This document shows positions 7,424-16,248 of a stretch of DNA of 32,000 bases, one piece after another. The notes beneath the pieces were generated by a model, which saw only the letters and a list, made by a program, of their open reading frames with translations, was not told the origin of the DNA and did not search any database. Source of the stretch: Candidatus Korarchaeum cryptofilum OPF8 (GTDB lineage: Archaea > Korarchaeota > Korarchaeia > Korarchaeales > Korarchaeaceae); assembly GCF_000019605.1 (NCBI RefSeq), contig NC_010482.1:570001-602000 (forward strand), written 5' to 3'. Within the stretch, counting starts at the first letter, position 1. Each line of letters starts with the position of its first letter. Both the position numbers and the translations under genes were made by a program.

Positions 7424-8877
7424 CTGAACTCCACCTCGAGCTCGTTGGAATATTCGTGAGGAAGCTTCAGCCTCAACCAATCCCTCACTAGCTTCCTCAT
7501 CTCTATCGCGATATTCACTATCCTCTCCATGGTCTCCCTATCCCTGACCTTGAGGTCGGGGTAGATCAGCTTTATAGCCCCGGAGACGAGCCTTATCAGG
7601 GCCCTCTCATCCCTTATACTGACGTTCCCGAACTTCATGAAGCTCCTCGCGATTGTTGAGGCATCGAACTTCCTCATCTCATGCAGCCAGTATGATATGA
7701 GATCCAAGGAGAGGCCCTTCCCTCTCGCTATATGCTCCTGCGAGCTCCTTATCTTCGGGAGCTTCCAGCCAGGTAATATGCCATGTATCCTGTCCATCAA
7801 GGCTGTGTCCCTGGCGAACTCCGGAAGGAAGCTATCGATGTCGCGGGGCGAGCTGGGTATACTCTCAACGTTTCCGATGAAGACGAGGGAACAATCGCTC
7901 GATACAAGCTTCCCTCCCCTCTCGTAATTCCCGCTCTCCATATAGTCCTTGAGCTTCCCTATCATCTCCTCAGTCCCGCTCAAGCTCAAGTAATTGATCT
8001 CATCGAATACTACGGCATCCATAAGGCCTATGAGCCCTATTGTCTTCGTCAGCTTATTGTAGAAGAGTTCGCTGGGGGAGGCCCTCCCTCCCGATATTAC
8101 CCTGACCATGTGGGAGATGTTCTTGTAGAGATAGCTCTTCCCCGAAGCCCTGGGCCCGAACTCCATCATATTCACGTTGCACTCTATGAGGGGGACCAGC
8201 CTCATCAGATAGAGGATCTTCTGCTCGAAATCATAAGAGCTGGGATTGAGACCCAAACTCTGTATTAGGATATCCATCCACTCCTCATCAGTGAAATGGG
8301 GCCTCGCCCCTCGGAAGTATTCGATATCGAAGCTGCTTATCTCATATGGATAGAACTCCACCATCAGTACGGGCTCTGATCTCTTATCCCCATATCTTCT
8401 CTCATCATCGAAGATCAGCTTCCCTATCCCCCAGACACCGTTCCTAAGCAGGTTCTCATGCTCCTCCAGTATCTTGGGATCTATCATAGCGTTCTTGAGG
8501 TTCAGGACGGGTATCTCGAGCCTATGGACCCCTGACTTTATATCAGTCACTACTTTGAAATCGTCCAGTATGAACTGCTCCCCCTCACTCATGAGCTTAT
8601 TCAATACGACGTCTTTCTCCTCGGGCTCCGGCCTCAGCTCCCTCAAGCGCTCGTGAATTTGGGAGGAGCATTGGGATAGAGGTTTATCGCTGCATTCCTT
8701 CAGGATCAGATACTCCTCTATATAACGCGGGATCTTATAAGCGGAGAGGTTCAAGTGGAATCCCTTCTCAACCACGCAGCTGGAATCGAAGAATATCAAA
8801 AGCTTTCTCTCCAGATCCCTCGATAATGTCGATTCTGAGATGAACTCCCTATCCTGTTCCTTCATCAGATCGAACAC
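7408..8877 (-). CDS. BrxL-type (TIGR02688/Lon_2-like) AAA+ ATPase without a Lon protease domain
   Basis: 489 aa. N-terminal region: KIPRYIEEYLI. ATPase region: FTDEEWMDILIQSLGL, Walker A FGPRASGKSY (nt 8134-8157), ISGGRASPSELFYN, Walker B AVVFDEINYL, KDYMESGNYERGG, LVFIGN and MDRIHGILPGWKLPK. All are collinear with BREX BrxL as I remember it. The track start is GTG 8877. The TATA-like CAATTTTTATAAG (rc of 8888-8900) fits a leaderless ATG at 8865 (MKEQDREF) better. Confidence 0.75.
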   Translation of the reverse strand: MFDLMKEQDREFISESTLSRDLERKLLIFFDSSCVVEKGFHLNLSAYKIPRYIEEYLILKECSDKPLSQCSSQIHERLRELRPEPEEKDVVLNKLMSEGEQFILDDFKVVTDIKSGVHRLEIPVLNLKNAMIDPKILEEHENLLRNGVWGIGKLIFDDERRYGDKRSEPVLMVEFYPYEISSFDIEYFRGARPHFTDEEWMDILIQSLGLNPSSYDFEQKILYLMRLVPLIECNVNMMEFGPRASGKSYLYKNISHMVRVISGGRASPSELFYNKLTKTIGLIGLMDAVVFDEINYLSLSGTEEMIGKLKDYMESGNYERGGKLVSSDCSLVFIGNVESIPSSPRDIDSFLPEFARDTALMDRIHGILPGWKLPKIRSSQEHIARGKGLSLDLISYWLHEMRKFDASTIARSFMKFGNVSIRDERALIRLVSGAIKLIYPDLKVRDRETMERIVNIAIEMRKLVRDWLRLKLPHEYSNELEVEFRWRSS

Positions 8878-8932
8878 TACTCGATTTCTTATAAAAATTG
8901 ATCCTGTCTTAACTTAATAGGGACCAAAGGGC

Positions 8933-9934
8933 TCATGATCTCGATCTTATAACTCTCACGAGGACCTCAGCCGGATCCTCGCATCCCCTCAAGAACTCCC
9001 TAGCCCTCTCCCTGAGCCTCTCGCTCTCCCACTCCTTCCTGAGCTCATCGTAAACCGAGGGGAGATCGCTAGCTTTCATATCAGTAACCTTCCTCATGAG
9101 CCCCTCGCTCAATAGTATCTTGCTCACGCAGGGATCCTCGCCCGGGAAGAGGGAGATGGAAGGTACTCCCAGCAGAGCCGCTTCCCTGGCCATAGTCCCC
9201 CCTCCGGATATCACGCCAGCTGATCTGGAGATGAGGGAGATGCCATCTATACTCGCACTCACCCTCTCCCCGGATGGCAGCTCTATGATCCCCTCCCTCA
9301 TTATCTTGACAGCTCGAATCCCCTTCTCCCTCAGGAACTTCTCCACGATACTCTCGAAGGGGCCGCCCTCCTTCAGATAATGGGATGCCACTGGCGGGTA
9401 CCTGACCACGATGTAATCCCCCTCATCTAGCCCTAGATCGGATTTCACGAACTCCCCATCCTCCATGAAATCCAAAACGTGTGAGACCTCGAACAGCCCC
9501 CTGAACCTCATAGTCTCGCTGTAAGTGGGGCCTGAGAAACACTCGGGGACTATGGATAGGGTTGAGAGTGGGAAGGTGAGCTTCGTCACTATATGAGGAG
9601 GGATGTCGTTATCGTTCATAGCTATATAAGGTATCCCCAGGCCGAAGGCCACTCTAGCCTGCTCAACTGATGCCTTAGATACCGCAAGATCAACCTCCCT
9701 ATCAGCTATAAGCAACGCGAGCTCCTTTACCCTCTCAGCGAATGATATTAGCTTCTCATAATCGCTAGCTCCCCATTCCCCAACTACTTCAGCCTCTATC
9801 GGTATCATGGCCCTCAGGAGCTCAACTAAAGAGCCCTTCCTCCTCGTCGTCAGGAAAACTTGGCCTCCGAACTTCTTCAGGAACCTCCTCCAGAACCTGA
9901 CGTTGGCTTCATTCACTATATCGATCCAGATCAA
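8933..9934 (-). CDS. DUF354-family protein (GT-B/epimerase-like fold, function unknown)
   Basis: 333 aa with MIWIDIVNEANVRFWRRF..., AVSKASVEQARVAFGLGIPYI and ISGGGTMAREAALLGVPSIS. These match the DUF354 consensus as I recall it (MKIWIDI...; GGGTM.REAA.LG.P). Confidence 0.65.
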   Translation of the reverse strand: MIWIDIVNEANVRFWRRFLKKFGGQVFLTTRRKGSLVELLRAMIPIEAEVVGEWGASDYEKLISFAERVKELALLIADREVDLAVSKASVEQARVAFGLGIPYIAMNDNDIPPHIVTKLTFPLSTLSIVPECFSGPTYSETMRFRGLFEVSHVLDFMEDGEFVKSDLGLDEGDYIVVRYPPVASHYLKEGGPFESIVEKFLREKGIRAVKIMREGIIELPSGERVSASIDGISLISRSAGVISGGGTMAREAALLGVPSISLFPGEDPCVSKILLSEGLMRKVTDMKASDLPSVYDELRKEWESERLRERAREFLRGCEDPAEVLVRVIRSRS

Positions 9935-11154
9935 GCTATCGACCCCAGTAAGGATAGGAGAAATGTGAGCACCAGGCTTATGACCACTGCCGGCACTAAG
10001 TACTTGTAAACTCCAGAGTACCTCGCCTTATAATACTCCAGGGTCAGGACGAGGCACAAGTGAACCGGTGATAGCATTACTCCAAGGTAACCGCCGGTGT
10101 AACTCATCAGAAGGAAGATATCCTTTATGTTTGAGGAAGTCCCTATTATCTCGCTGAGCAATGGGAAAGCAGTCCCCGTGTAAACGTACTCCCCCGCCGT
10201 AGTCACTCCTATTATGAAAGTTATGAGGAAGCAGAGGGGGAGGGCCGGTATGTTCCTAGCTAGCATGAAGTTGTAGAGGGCCAGGGCAGCTTTACTATCG
10301 TAGACGTACTGAGTGAACATAGTGACCGCTATGACTACTGCAAGTATCTTGAATGAGAGGGCGAACTTCAACCCCTCCCTCACCTCCTTCCTCGAGGGCC
10401 TAGTGTAAATAGTCACTAATATCGCTGAGATCAGGAGGGAGATGTCCACTGGAAGCTTAATCAAGAATATGAGCGCTATTATGAGTAAGAAGGGCCAAAG
10501 ATTGACTAAAGCCCTGTAACTCGCATTGCCTCTCTCGAACGAGTTCTCATATTTCCTGATGCCAAGGGCGAATATGAGGAAGCCAGCGACGTAAGAAGCT
10601 ATTGCAGCTGGATATGTGGCCTCTATTATCCTGACCACCGATGTCTTGAGTATGACGGACGCTATTATTATCGATTGGAAGACGGGCCATACTGGAATTG
10701 TAACGTGCCTGAACCAGTAATTTATGAAAGTAGCGAAGTCGCTATCCAGCTTCTGCCTCTCCATGTAATGCTCCTTCATCATCATAGCTGAGACCAGAGC
10801 CCCTCCGGGCATGGGTATCAAGCCTATTAGAATGGGGATGAATATGGATGCGAATCTGGGGCCCAGGCTGACGGCAAAGTCAGTGATCCTATCCAGGATC
10901 CCGCTGACTTTCATCATATAGGAGAGGAAGAGGGCGGATGAGAAAGCTGTTACTAAGGAGAGAGTGCTCCTCGAGAATATCCCCTTGAAAGTCGATTCTA
11001 GGAAGGATATTCCGAGTGTAAGGATCCCAAAAGATATTGTTGAGGCTAAAACAGCTATATGAACTTCTTGCTTCATGACGAGGAGTCCTATGAGCAGAGC
11101 TATTGATATAGCGAAGCTTAGGACTGGATCTACCATCGGGGTGAGCTCCCCCAT
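9931..11154 (-). CDS. Polytopic membrane protein, putative transporter (DUF401-like?)
   Basis: 407 aa, hydrophobic throughout with at least 10 TM segments. Its stop overlaps the DUF354 start by 4 nt (9931-9934). The family assignment is from memory only. Confidence 0.45.
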   Translation of the reverse strand: MGELTPMVDPVLSFAISIALLIGLLVMKQEVHIAVLASTISFGILTLGISFLESTFKGIFSRSTLSLVTAFSSALFLSYMMKVSGILDRITDFAVSLGPRFASIFIPILIGLIPMPGGALVSAMMMKEHYMERQKLDSDFATFINYWFRHVTIPVWPVFQSIIIASVILKTSVVRIIEATYPAAIASYVAGFLIFALGIRKYENSFERGNASYRALVNLWPFLLIIALIFLIKLPVDISLLISAILVTIYTRPSRKEVREGLKFALSFKILAVVIAVTMFTQYVYDSKAALALYNFMLARNIPALPLCFLITFIIGVTTAGEYVYTGTAFPLLSEIIGTSSNIKDIFLLMSYTGGYLGVMLSPVHLCLVLTLEYYKARYSGVYKYLVPAVVISLVLTFLLSLLGSIA

Positions 11155-11262
11155 TTCCTTAAAAATATTTTACATGAAGGGCGCGGGAAAATTCAGCGAG
11201 TATTGAGAAAATTATTTTCTCTATTTCCAAGTATTTATTAATATTTTTGTGTTTATAAAATA

Positions 11263-11688
11263 TTAGAGCTTTATTATTCTCCTCAATGCTCTGGATATCT
11301 CCTCGGATGGCTCCCTGAAGGGCTCCGCATCCCCCTCCTCATCCCACTTTATACCGGGGCATGAGATGGATGCGAGTATGAAATCCTCCCCCACTATGAA
11401 GGGATACCTCCTGCAAGTATCGGGCCTGTATTCGTATGCTATGCACCTATCATCCTTGAGGAAGATGCATTCACCGTTCTCCTTCAGCTTCATCCTGTAC
11501 TTAGCTCCAGTTAAGTATAGCTCCAGCTCACTGGCTTCCTCATAGAAATCGGAGAATCCCGCTTCTGATAATCTTTCAATATCTCTATCGTAGAGTACCA
11601 CTATCCTATCCCTGCAGCACTGAGCGCAGAGCTTGCATGAGAAGCCAGGCATCCTCTCCACTCTTATGAAGTCGGATATCACGAACAT
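11263..11688 (-). CDS. YkgJ/UPF0153-family cysteine-cluster (putative Fe-S/Zn) protein
   Basis: 141 aa with FSCKLCAQCCRD (CxxCxxCC) and ...CIFLKDDRCIAYEYRPDTCRRYPF, the second conserved Cys block of this family. Confidence 0.75.
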   Translation of the reverse strand: MFVISDFIRVERMPGFSCKLCAQCCRDRIVVLYDRDIERLSEAGFSDFYEEASELELYLTGAKYRMKLKENGECIFLKDDRCIAYEYRPDTCRRYPFIVGEDFILASISCPGIKWDEEGDAEPFREPSEEISRALRRIIKL

Positions 11689-11761
11689 CTGATAACTGGA
11701 GATTACTGCCTTATTACATATGATGCGAAGGGGTCATTAACCCCTCCGTCCTTATGTCGCG

Positions 11762-14248
11762 ATGAGACGCTCACTACTGCTGATACTGCTCTTCCCCCTC
11801 CTGCTCGCTAGTTGCTATCAGGACTCATACTATCAGGGACTTGGGGGAATGAGGGGAGGGGCTAAAGTGCTGCTGTTCAAGCAGGGGCTTCCCGGGGATC
11901 CAGTAGCTATAGTGCCCGTGGGGAGCCTCATAGTCGCAGCGTCATCTGACGGGACCATCACGTACATGGACTCTAAGGCGGCCCTGAGGACGCTCAGCAT
12001 ATGCTCCGGCAGATTGGTCAAGATGGCCCACGGGACAACATCGAGGGGAGGAGCTATATATGCTATCTGCTACAGCAGGGAGAAGCAAGTGGCTTCGCTA
12101 GCGATAATAATGGATAGCGGGAGCTTCAGGTTCTACGAGCAGCCAGTTCCATCCAGGTTCAATTCCTCCGGGACGGGCTTCATCTACTCCAGCATGAAGA
12201 GGGACTTCCCAGCCGCAGTAGAGCCTCCGGCACCTCTGGTAGCTGATATCAATGGGGATGGGTACGATGAAGCTCTCGCATACTTAGATGGCCACCTCCT
12301 CTACTTCGAATCCTCCCTGTCGGATCCGAAGCAGTATCAAGTGGATGCCGTGCTGGGCCTCTCCGTGGAGGGAAGGAGCGTATTCGTATCCACAGCTTCC
12401 GGCATATTCATATGGGGGCCCGATGGCCTCAAGCCCTACTCAAACATAGGGTGCTCCTCCCTCCCCATACCTGTGGACTTCGATGGTGATGGGAAGCTGG
12501 AAGTGGCCTGCAGGCGCGGGGACATCGTCCAAGTGGTGAAAGGGGACTCAATCATATTCAGGGCTGAGGGAGGTGCCACGGATCCAGCTGTATATGATCT
12601 CAACGGAGATAAGAGGCCAGAGCTCATCTACATACTCAACGATGGGACATTAGTGGCTAGGTCCCCCAGCCTATCCTGGAGGGCCAAAGTAGAGGCTCCT
12701 TACAACAGGCCCGTAGTGGCGGATGTGGATGGGGACCTCAGGCCCGAAGTTATAGTAGCGGCTGGCCAATACGTCTACTGTTTCTCCAACGATGGAAAGG
12801 AGAAGTGGAGAGTGAGCCTCAGGGAGTTCAGCGGATGGGTATCAGGAGGGGAAGTAGACTTCCAGAGGTACATGAGGTTCGAGGCGAAGACGCAGCCAAT
12901 ATTACTTGATTACGATGGGGACGGGCTCCTCGAGATCTTAGTGGGGATAGGGGCTTATTTGGAGCAGGGAAGAGTGGCTCTTTTGGATGAGATGGGTAAG
13001 AATGAGGCCCCTAAGGTGGAGATAATCTCCCCATCGAACTACACGAAGGTGGGGAAGTACGTCAAGATAACTTTCAAGGTGACTGATGAATCGAGCCGGC
13101 TGAGGGCTAGGATCCTATCATCGACTGAGCTTTGGAGCGGCACTGTGGAATCAGGAAGTATTACGAGCGTGGAAGTCCCTTCCTTCGAAAATATCGTTAT
13201 TGAGGCATCCGATGGTATCCTGACGACTAGCTCGAAGCTATACCTGAAGGTGGATACGCAGCCACCCAAGATGGTGATAGAGCCCTCTAACATGTCGAAG
13301 ATAACTGAGGGCACCAACATAACGGTCAGGATAATAGCTCCGATAGATGAGTACGCATTCCTAACTGTCTACCATGGGACTCCTGGGAACTGGATAAAGA
13401 TAATAGAGAGGAGGGTGTGGAAGACATCTGTAGTGAGCATAAACGTCACTCCTATAGTTGAGATGGTCAGCGGATACAGGCTCTTCAAGTTCCATCTAGT
13501 CGATAAGTACGGGAACGTCGAGGACGTCGTGATGAGGTACAGGATCGAGAGGAGTAAAGAGGAAAGAGTTAATTCCAGCGTTTCGCTGATCTTGAGCGTG
13601 AACAACCTGATCTCTAAGGAAGCCAGGGTGAATTGCACTCTAATCGGGCTGGATAGAGCTTCACTCTATTACGGGGATGGAGCGGATTGGAAGTTGATAA
13701 AGGAAGTGAGTGGGAATGAGAGCATCCTTTGGGATGTATCGGGCCTGAAGGATGGGAAGTACATATTGAAGCTAGAATCGGGGAGTGTTAGCTCCCTGAA
13801 GGAGGTCACTATAGATAACACACCGCCCTCCATCAAGATAGAGGCCGATAAGAGAATTCCAGTGGGGGGGACTGCCATCGTGAGGGTTGAGGGGGACTTC
13901 GAGAGGCTGTACTGGGACTTGGATGGCGATGGTATCTTCGAGACAGCGGGCCCCCCGCTAGCTAGGATAGAGGGGAAGGAGCCGGGGAGGATCAGGATAA
14001 ATGTGATGGGAGTGGATGGAGCTAATAACAGCGCTACGGCTGGAGTTGAGATAGAGGTCTTCGAGGCAAATGAAAAGATTGAGGCAACTGAAGTGGAGAG
14101 CTCTAATGCATCGATAAGCAATCCTCAGATCTCATATGCTTCTATAATCAGGCCCGAGTTACTAGCATTGGCCCTCCTTTTAGTAGCTATAGTGATGATG
14201 AAGAGCTCGAGGAGGAAGAAGTCATCTAACCCGTGGAAGAAACGTTAA
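11762..14248 (+). CDS. Cell-surface protein: lipobox signal peptide, FG-GAP/VCBS beta-propeller repeats, Ig-like domains, C-terminal TM anchor
   Basis: 828 aa. The N-terminus is MRRSLLLILLFPLLLASC (L-A-S-C lipobox-like). There are six Ca-binding-like D.(D/N)GD motifs: DINGDGYDE, DFDGDGKLE, DLNGDKRPE, DVDGDLRPE, DYDGDGLLE and DLDGDGIFE. The C-terminus is LLALALLLVAIVMM followed by KSSRRKKSSNPWKKR. Confidence 0.7.
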   Translation: MRRSLLLILLFPLLLASCYQDSYYQGLGGMRGGAKVLLFKQGLPGDPVAIVPVGSLIVAASSDGTITYMDSKAALRTLSICSGRLVKMAHGTTSRGGAIYAICYSREKQVASLAIIMDSGSFRFYEQPVPSRFNSSGTGFIYSSMKRDFPAAVEPPAPLVADINGDGYDEALAYLDGHLLYFESSLSDPKQYQVDAVLGLSVEGRSVFVSTASGIFIWGPDGLKPYSNIGCSSLPIPVDFDGDGKLEVACRRGDIVQVVKGDSIIFRAEGGATDPAVYDLNGDKRPELIYILNDGTLVARSPSLSWRAKVEAPYNRPVVADVDGDLRPEVIVAAGQYVYCFSNDGKEKWRVSLREFSGWVSGGEVDFQRYMRFEAKTQPILLDYDGDGLLEILVGIGAYLEQGRVALLDEMGKNEAPKVEIISPSNYTKVGKYVKITFKVTDESSRLRARILSSTELWSGTVESGSITSVEVPSFENIVIEASDGILTTSSKLYLKVDTQPPKMVIEPSNMSKITEGTNITVRIIAPIDEYAFLTVYHGTPGNWIKIIERRVWKTSVVSINVTPIVEMVSGYRLFKFHLVDKYGNVEDVVMRYRIERSKEERVNSSVSLILSVNNLISKEARVNCTLIGLDRASLYYGDGADWKLIKEVSGNESILWDVSGLKDGKYILKLESGSVSSLKEVTIDNTPPSIKIEADKRIPVGGTAIVRVEGDFERLYWDLDGDGIFETAGPPLARIEGKEPGRIRINVMGVDGANNSATAGVEIEVFEANEKIEATEVESSNASISNPQISYASIIRPELLALALLLVAIVMMKSSRRKKSSNPWKKR

Positions 14249-14389
14249 GCTCTTAAATTTCTTTTTTTACTTCGCTAAGTTTTCAAGGGAGGAGATAATG
14301 AATTGGAGAGATCCTGCCTCAGAGGAGCTCCGGGTCACTTGGCTCACTGAAGCCATCACAATATTAAGCTCCGCCTCCCCCCATGTCTT

Positions 14390-15598
14390 ATGATAGATGA
14401 GATATCGAGGAGGATAGATGAACTGAGGGAAGATATGGTATCCTCTATGATTGAGATGATCCCTCTAGGAGGTATAGGGCCTGAGAACGGGGGAGATGGT
14501 GAGATAAGGAAGGCTGAGTTCATAGAGAGGCTAGCGAGGGGCATGGGGCTTCATGTGGAGAGAGTCGATGCTGAGGATAGCAGAGTCCCCTCCAGGATCA
14601 GGCCGAACATAATAGTGAGGTATGAGGGGAGGAGCGGGAGGAACATATGGATAGTCAGCCACATGGACGTAGTCCCCCCTGGGGAGGGCTGGAGCTCCGA
14701 TCCCTTCAAGCCCATAATCAAGGAAGGGAAGATATATGGGAGAGGGACTGAGGACGATGGGCAGGCCATAATATCCTCTCTTTACGCTGTGAAGGCTTTA
14801 GCGGATCTCAAGGTAAGGGCGGATTACGGCCTGAACCTGGCTATAGTATCGGATGAGGAGACTGGGAGTAGGTACGGGATATTGCACTTGATATCCGAGG
14901 GGATATTCTCCAAGGAAGATCTCATACTAGTCCCCGACGCCGGCAATAAGGACGGGACTATGATAGAGGTAGCTGAGAAAGGCATACTCTGGATCAGGGT
15001 GACTGTGAGGGGGAAGCAGGCTCACGCGAGCACTCCGGAGAAGGGATTGAATGCCCATAGGATAGGGATGAGGCTCGCTCTAGCTATAGATGATGCCCTC
15101 CACTCTAAGTTCAATGAGGTAGATGAGCTCTTCGACCCCCCTGTGAGCACATTCGAGCCCACGAAGAGGGAAGGGGGCGTGGAGAACGTGAACACGGTTC
15201 CCGGGACCGATATAGTATACTTCGATTGCAGGATCCTCCCTAGATACGATATAGATGAAGTCCTGGAGACTGTTAAGAAAATAGCGAAGGCTTTCGAGGT
15301 TTACGGAGCTGATATAACTGTGGAGGAAGTTGAGAGGAGCGAGCCCTCATTCACGGACCCGGAATCGGAGATAGTCAGGAGGATAAAGAGAGCAGTGAAA
15401 CTATTGAGGGGGAAGGAAGCCAAGCCGATGGGAATAGGAGGAGGTACATGTGCTGCTTATCTTAGGAGAGCCGGTCTCCAAGCTGTTGTCTGGATGACGA
15501 CCGAGGAGACAGCTCATCAACCCGATGAGTATTGCGTAATAAATAATATGGTCGAGGACGCTAAGGTGATGGCATCCCTGGTCCTCGATGAGCTATGA
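14390..15598 (+). CDS. M20-family metallohydrolase (ArgE/DapE/ACY1-like deacylase)
   Basis: 402 aa with SHMDVVPPGEGWSSDPF, GRGTEDDGQ and VSDEETGS, which are metal-ligand motifs of peptidase family M20. Confidence 0.8.
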   Translation: MIDEISRRIDELREDMVSSMIEMIPLGGIGPENGGDGEIRKAEFIERLARGMGLHVERVDAEDSRVPSRIRPNIIVRYEGRSGRNIWIVSHMDVVPPGEGWSSDPFKPIIKEGKIYGRGTEDDGQAIISSLYAVKALADLKVRADYGLNLAIVSDEETGSRYGILHLISEGIFSKEDLILVPDAGNKDGTMIEVAEKGILWIRVTVRGKQAHASTPEKGLNAHRIGMRLALAIDDALHSKFNEVDELFDPPVSTFEPTKREGGVENVNTVPGTDIVYFDCRILPRYDIDEVLETVKKIAKAFEVYGADITVEEVERSEPSFTDPESEIVRRIKRAVKLLRGKEAKPMGIGGGTCAAYLRRAGLQAVVWMTTEETAHQPDEYCVINNMVEDAKVMASLVLDEL

Positions 15599-16074
15599 TC
15601 GAGCTCCCTCAAATGAGACCTTTCAATGCTCAACTTTTTATTGAGGAATCCCTGAGTAAAGGTATGTCAGAGGTGAGGCGTTCCAGGAGTAAGGGCTTCG
15701 TGGGTTTCCTGTTCGTAGCTTTCATGTTCCTCGGGTTGGGAGTGGGAATCCTAATAGGCGAAGTCGCCCCCGCGTTATTCGTTGGTATGGGGCTCGGTTT
15801 CTTGAGCATGGCTATCCTAGATGCTATTATCAAGGAGCCCGCGGAGGAAGAATCTGAGTATGAGAGAGCTGTAGAATCTTATGTGGGGAAAGGTGGATTC
15901 TTAGGGAATATAATCCTGGCCCTGCTCGGTATAGGTTTCATCCTAGGGGGATTATCCATCCTCACAGGCTTCGAGATAGAATGGAGAATCCTCGGTGGAG
16001 CCCTCATAATATTGCTCGGTATCTGGTTCATAATATTGGCTATGAGAGCTATTGCGAGCTCGAAGTCTAGTTGA
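15595..16074 (+). CDS. Small membrane protein (about 4 TM), unknown function
   Basis: 159 aa. Its ATG overlaps the M20 stop (ATGA at 15595-15598). It has two hydrophobic hairpins separated by an acidic linker (EPAEEESEYE). Confidence 0.5.
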   Translation: MIELPQMRPFNAQLFIEESLSKGMSEVRRSRSKGFVGFLFVAFMFLGLGVGILIGEVAPALFVGMGLGFLSMAILDAIIKEPAEEESEYERAVESYVGKGGFLGNIILALLGIGFILGGLSILTGFEIEWRILGGALIILLGIWFIILAMRAIASSKSS

Positions 16075-16234
16075 TCTCATCGAACTTCATGCTAAGCTTT
16101 TAGATTCGTCGGCGATAGCTCGAGATTTGATCATCGAGATTCGCTGAGAGGTCATATTGGTGGCATGCACTGGATGACCTGCTCAACGATCTAGCGAAAG
16201 ATCCTAAAAATTATCGGGGAGTGAGGGATAAAAC

Positions 16235-16248
16235 TTTATTATATTTTA
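16235..16248 (+). promoter_or_regulatory. TATA-like box for the 16263 gene
   Basis: CTTTATTATATTTT is centred about 22 nt upstream of ATG 16263. This argues against the GTG 16221 start in the ORF track. Confidence 0.4.

Noticed and set aside
7424-7480. Longer start (7480) for the PepSY-like repeat protein
   Set aside because: It would overlap the BrxL-like gene by 73 nt. ATG 7423 has a GGTGGAG element at the ideal distance.
7783-8268. 161-aa plus-strand ORF (and 7637-7927, 8474-8656) inside the BrxL-like gene
   Set aside because: These lie entirely antisense to a gene with strong family motifs. They are rich in L/S/P/R/G, as is typical of shadow frames in this codon regime. They have no TATA or SD element and no recognisable motif.
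13039-14121. Several 89-150-aa minus-strand ORFs within the FG-GAP surface-protein gene
   Set aside because: They are antisense shadows of an 828-aa ORF with repeated D.DGD motifs. They have no independent signals.
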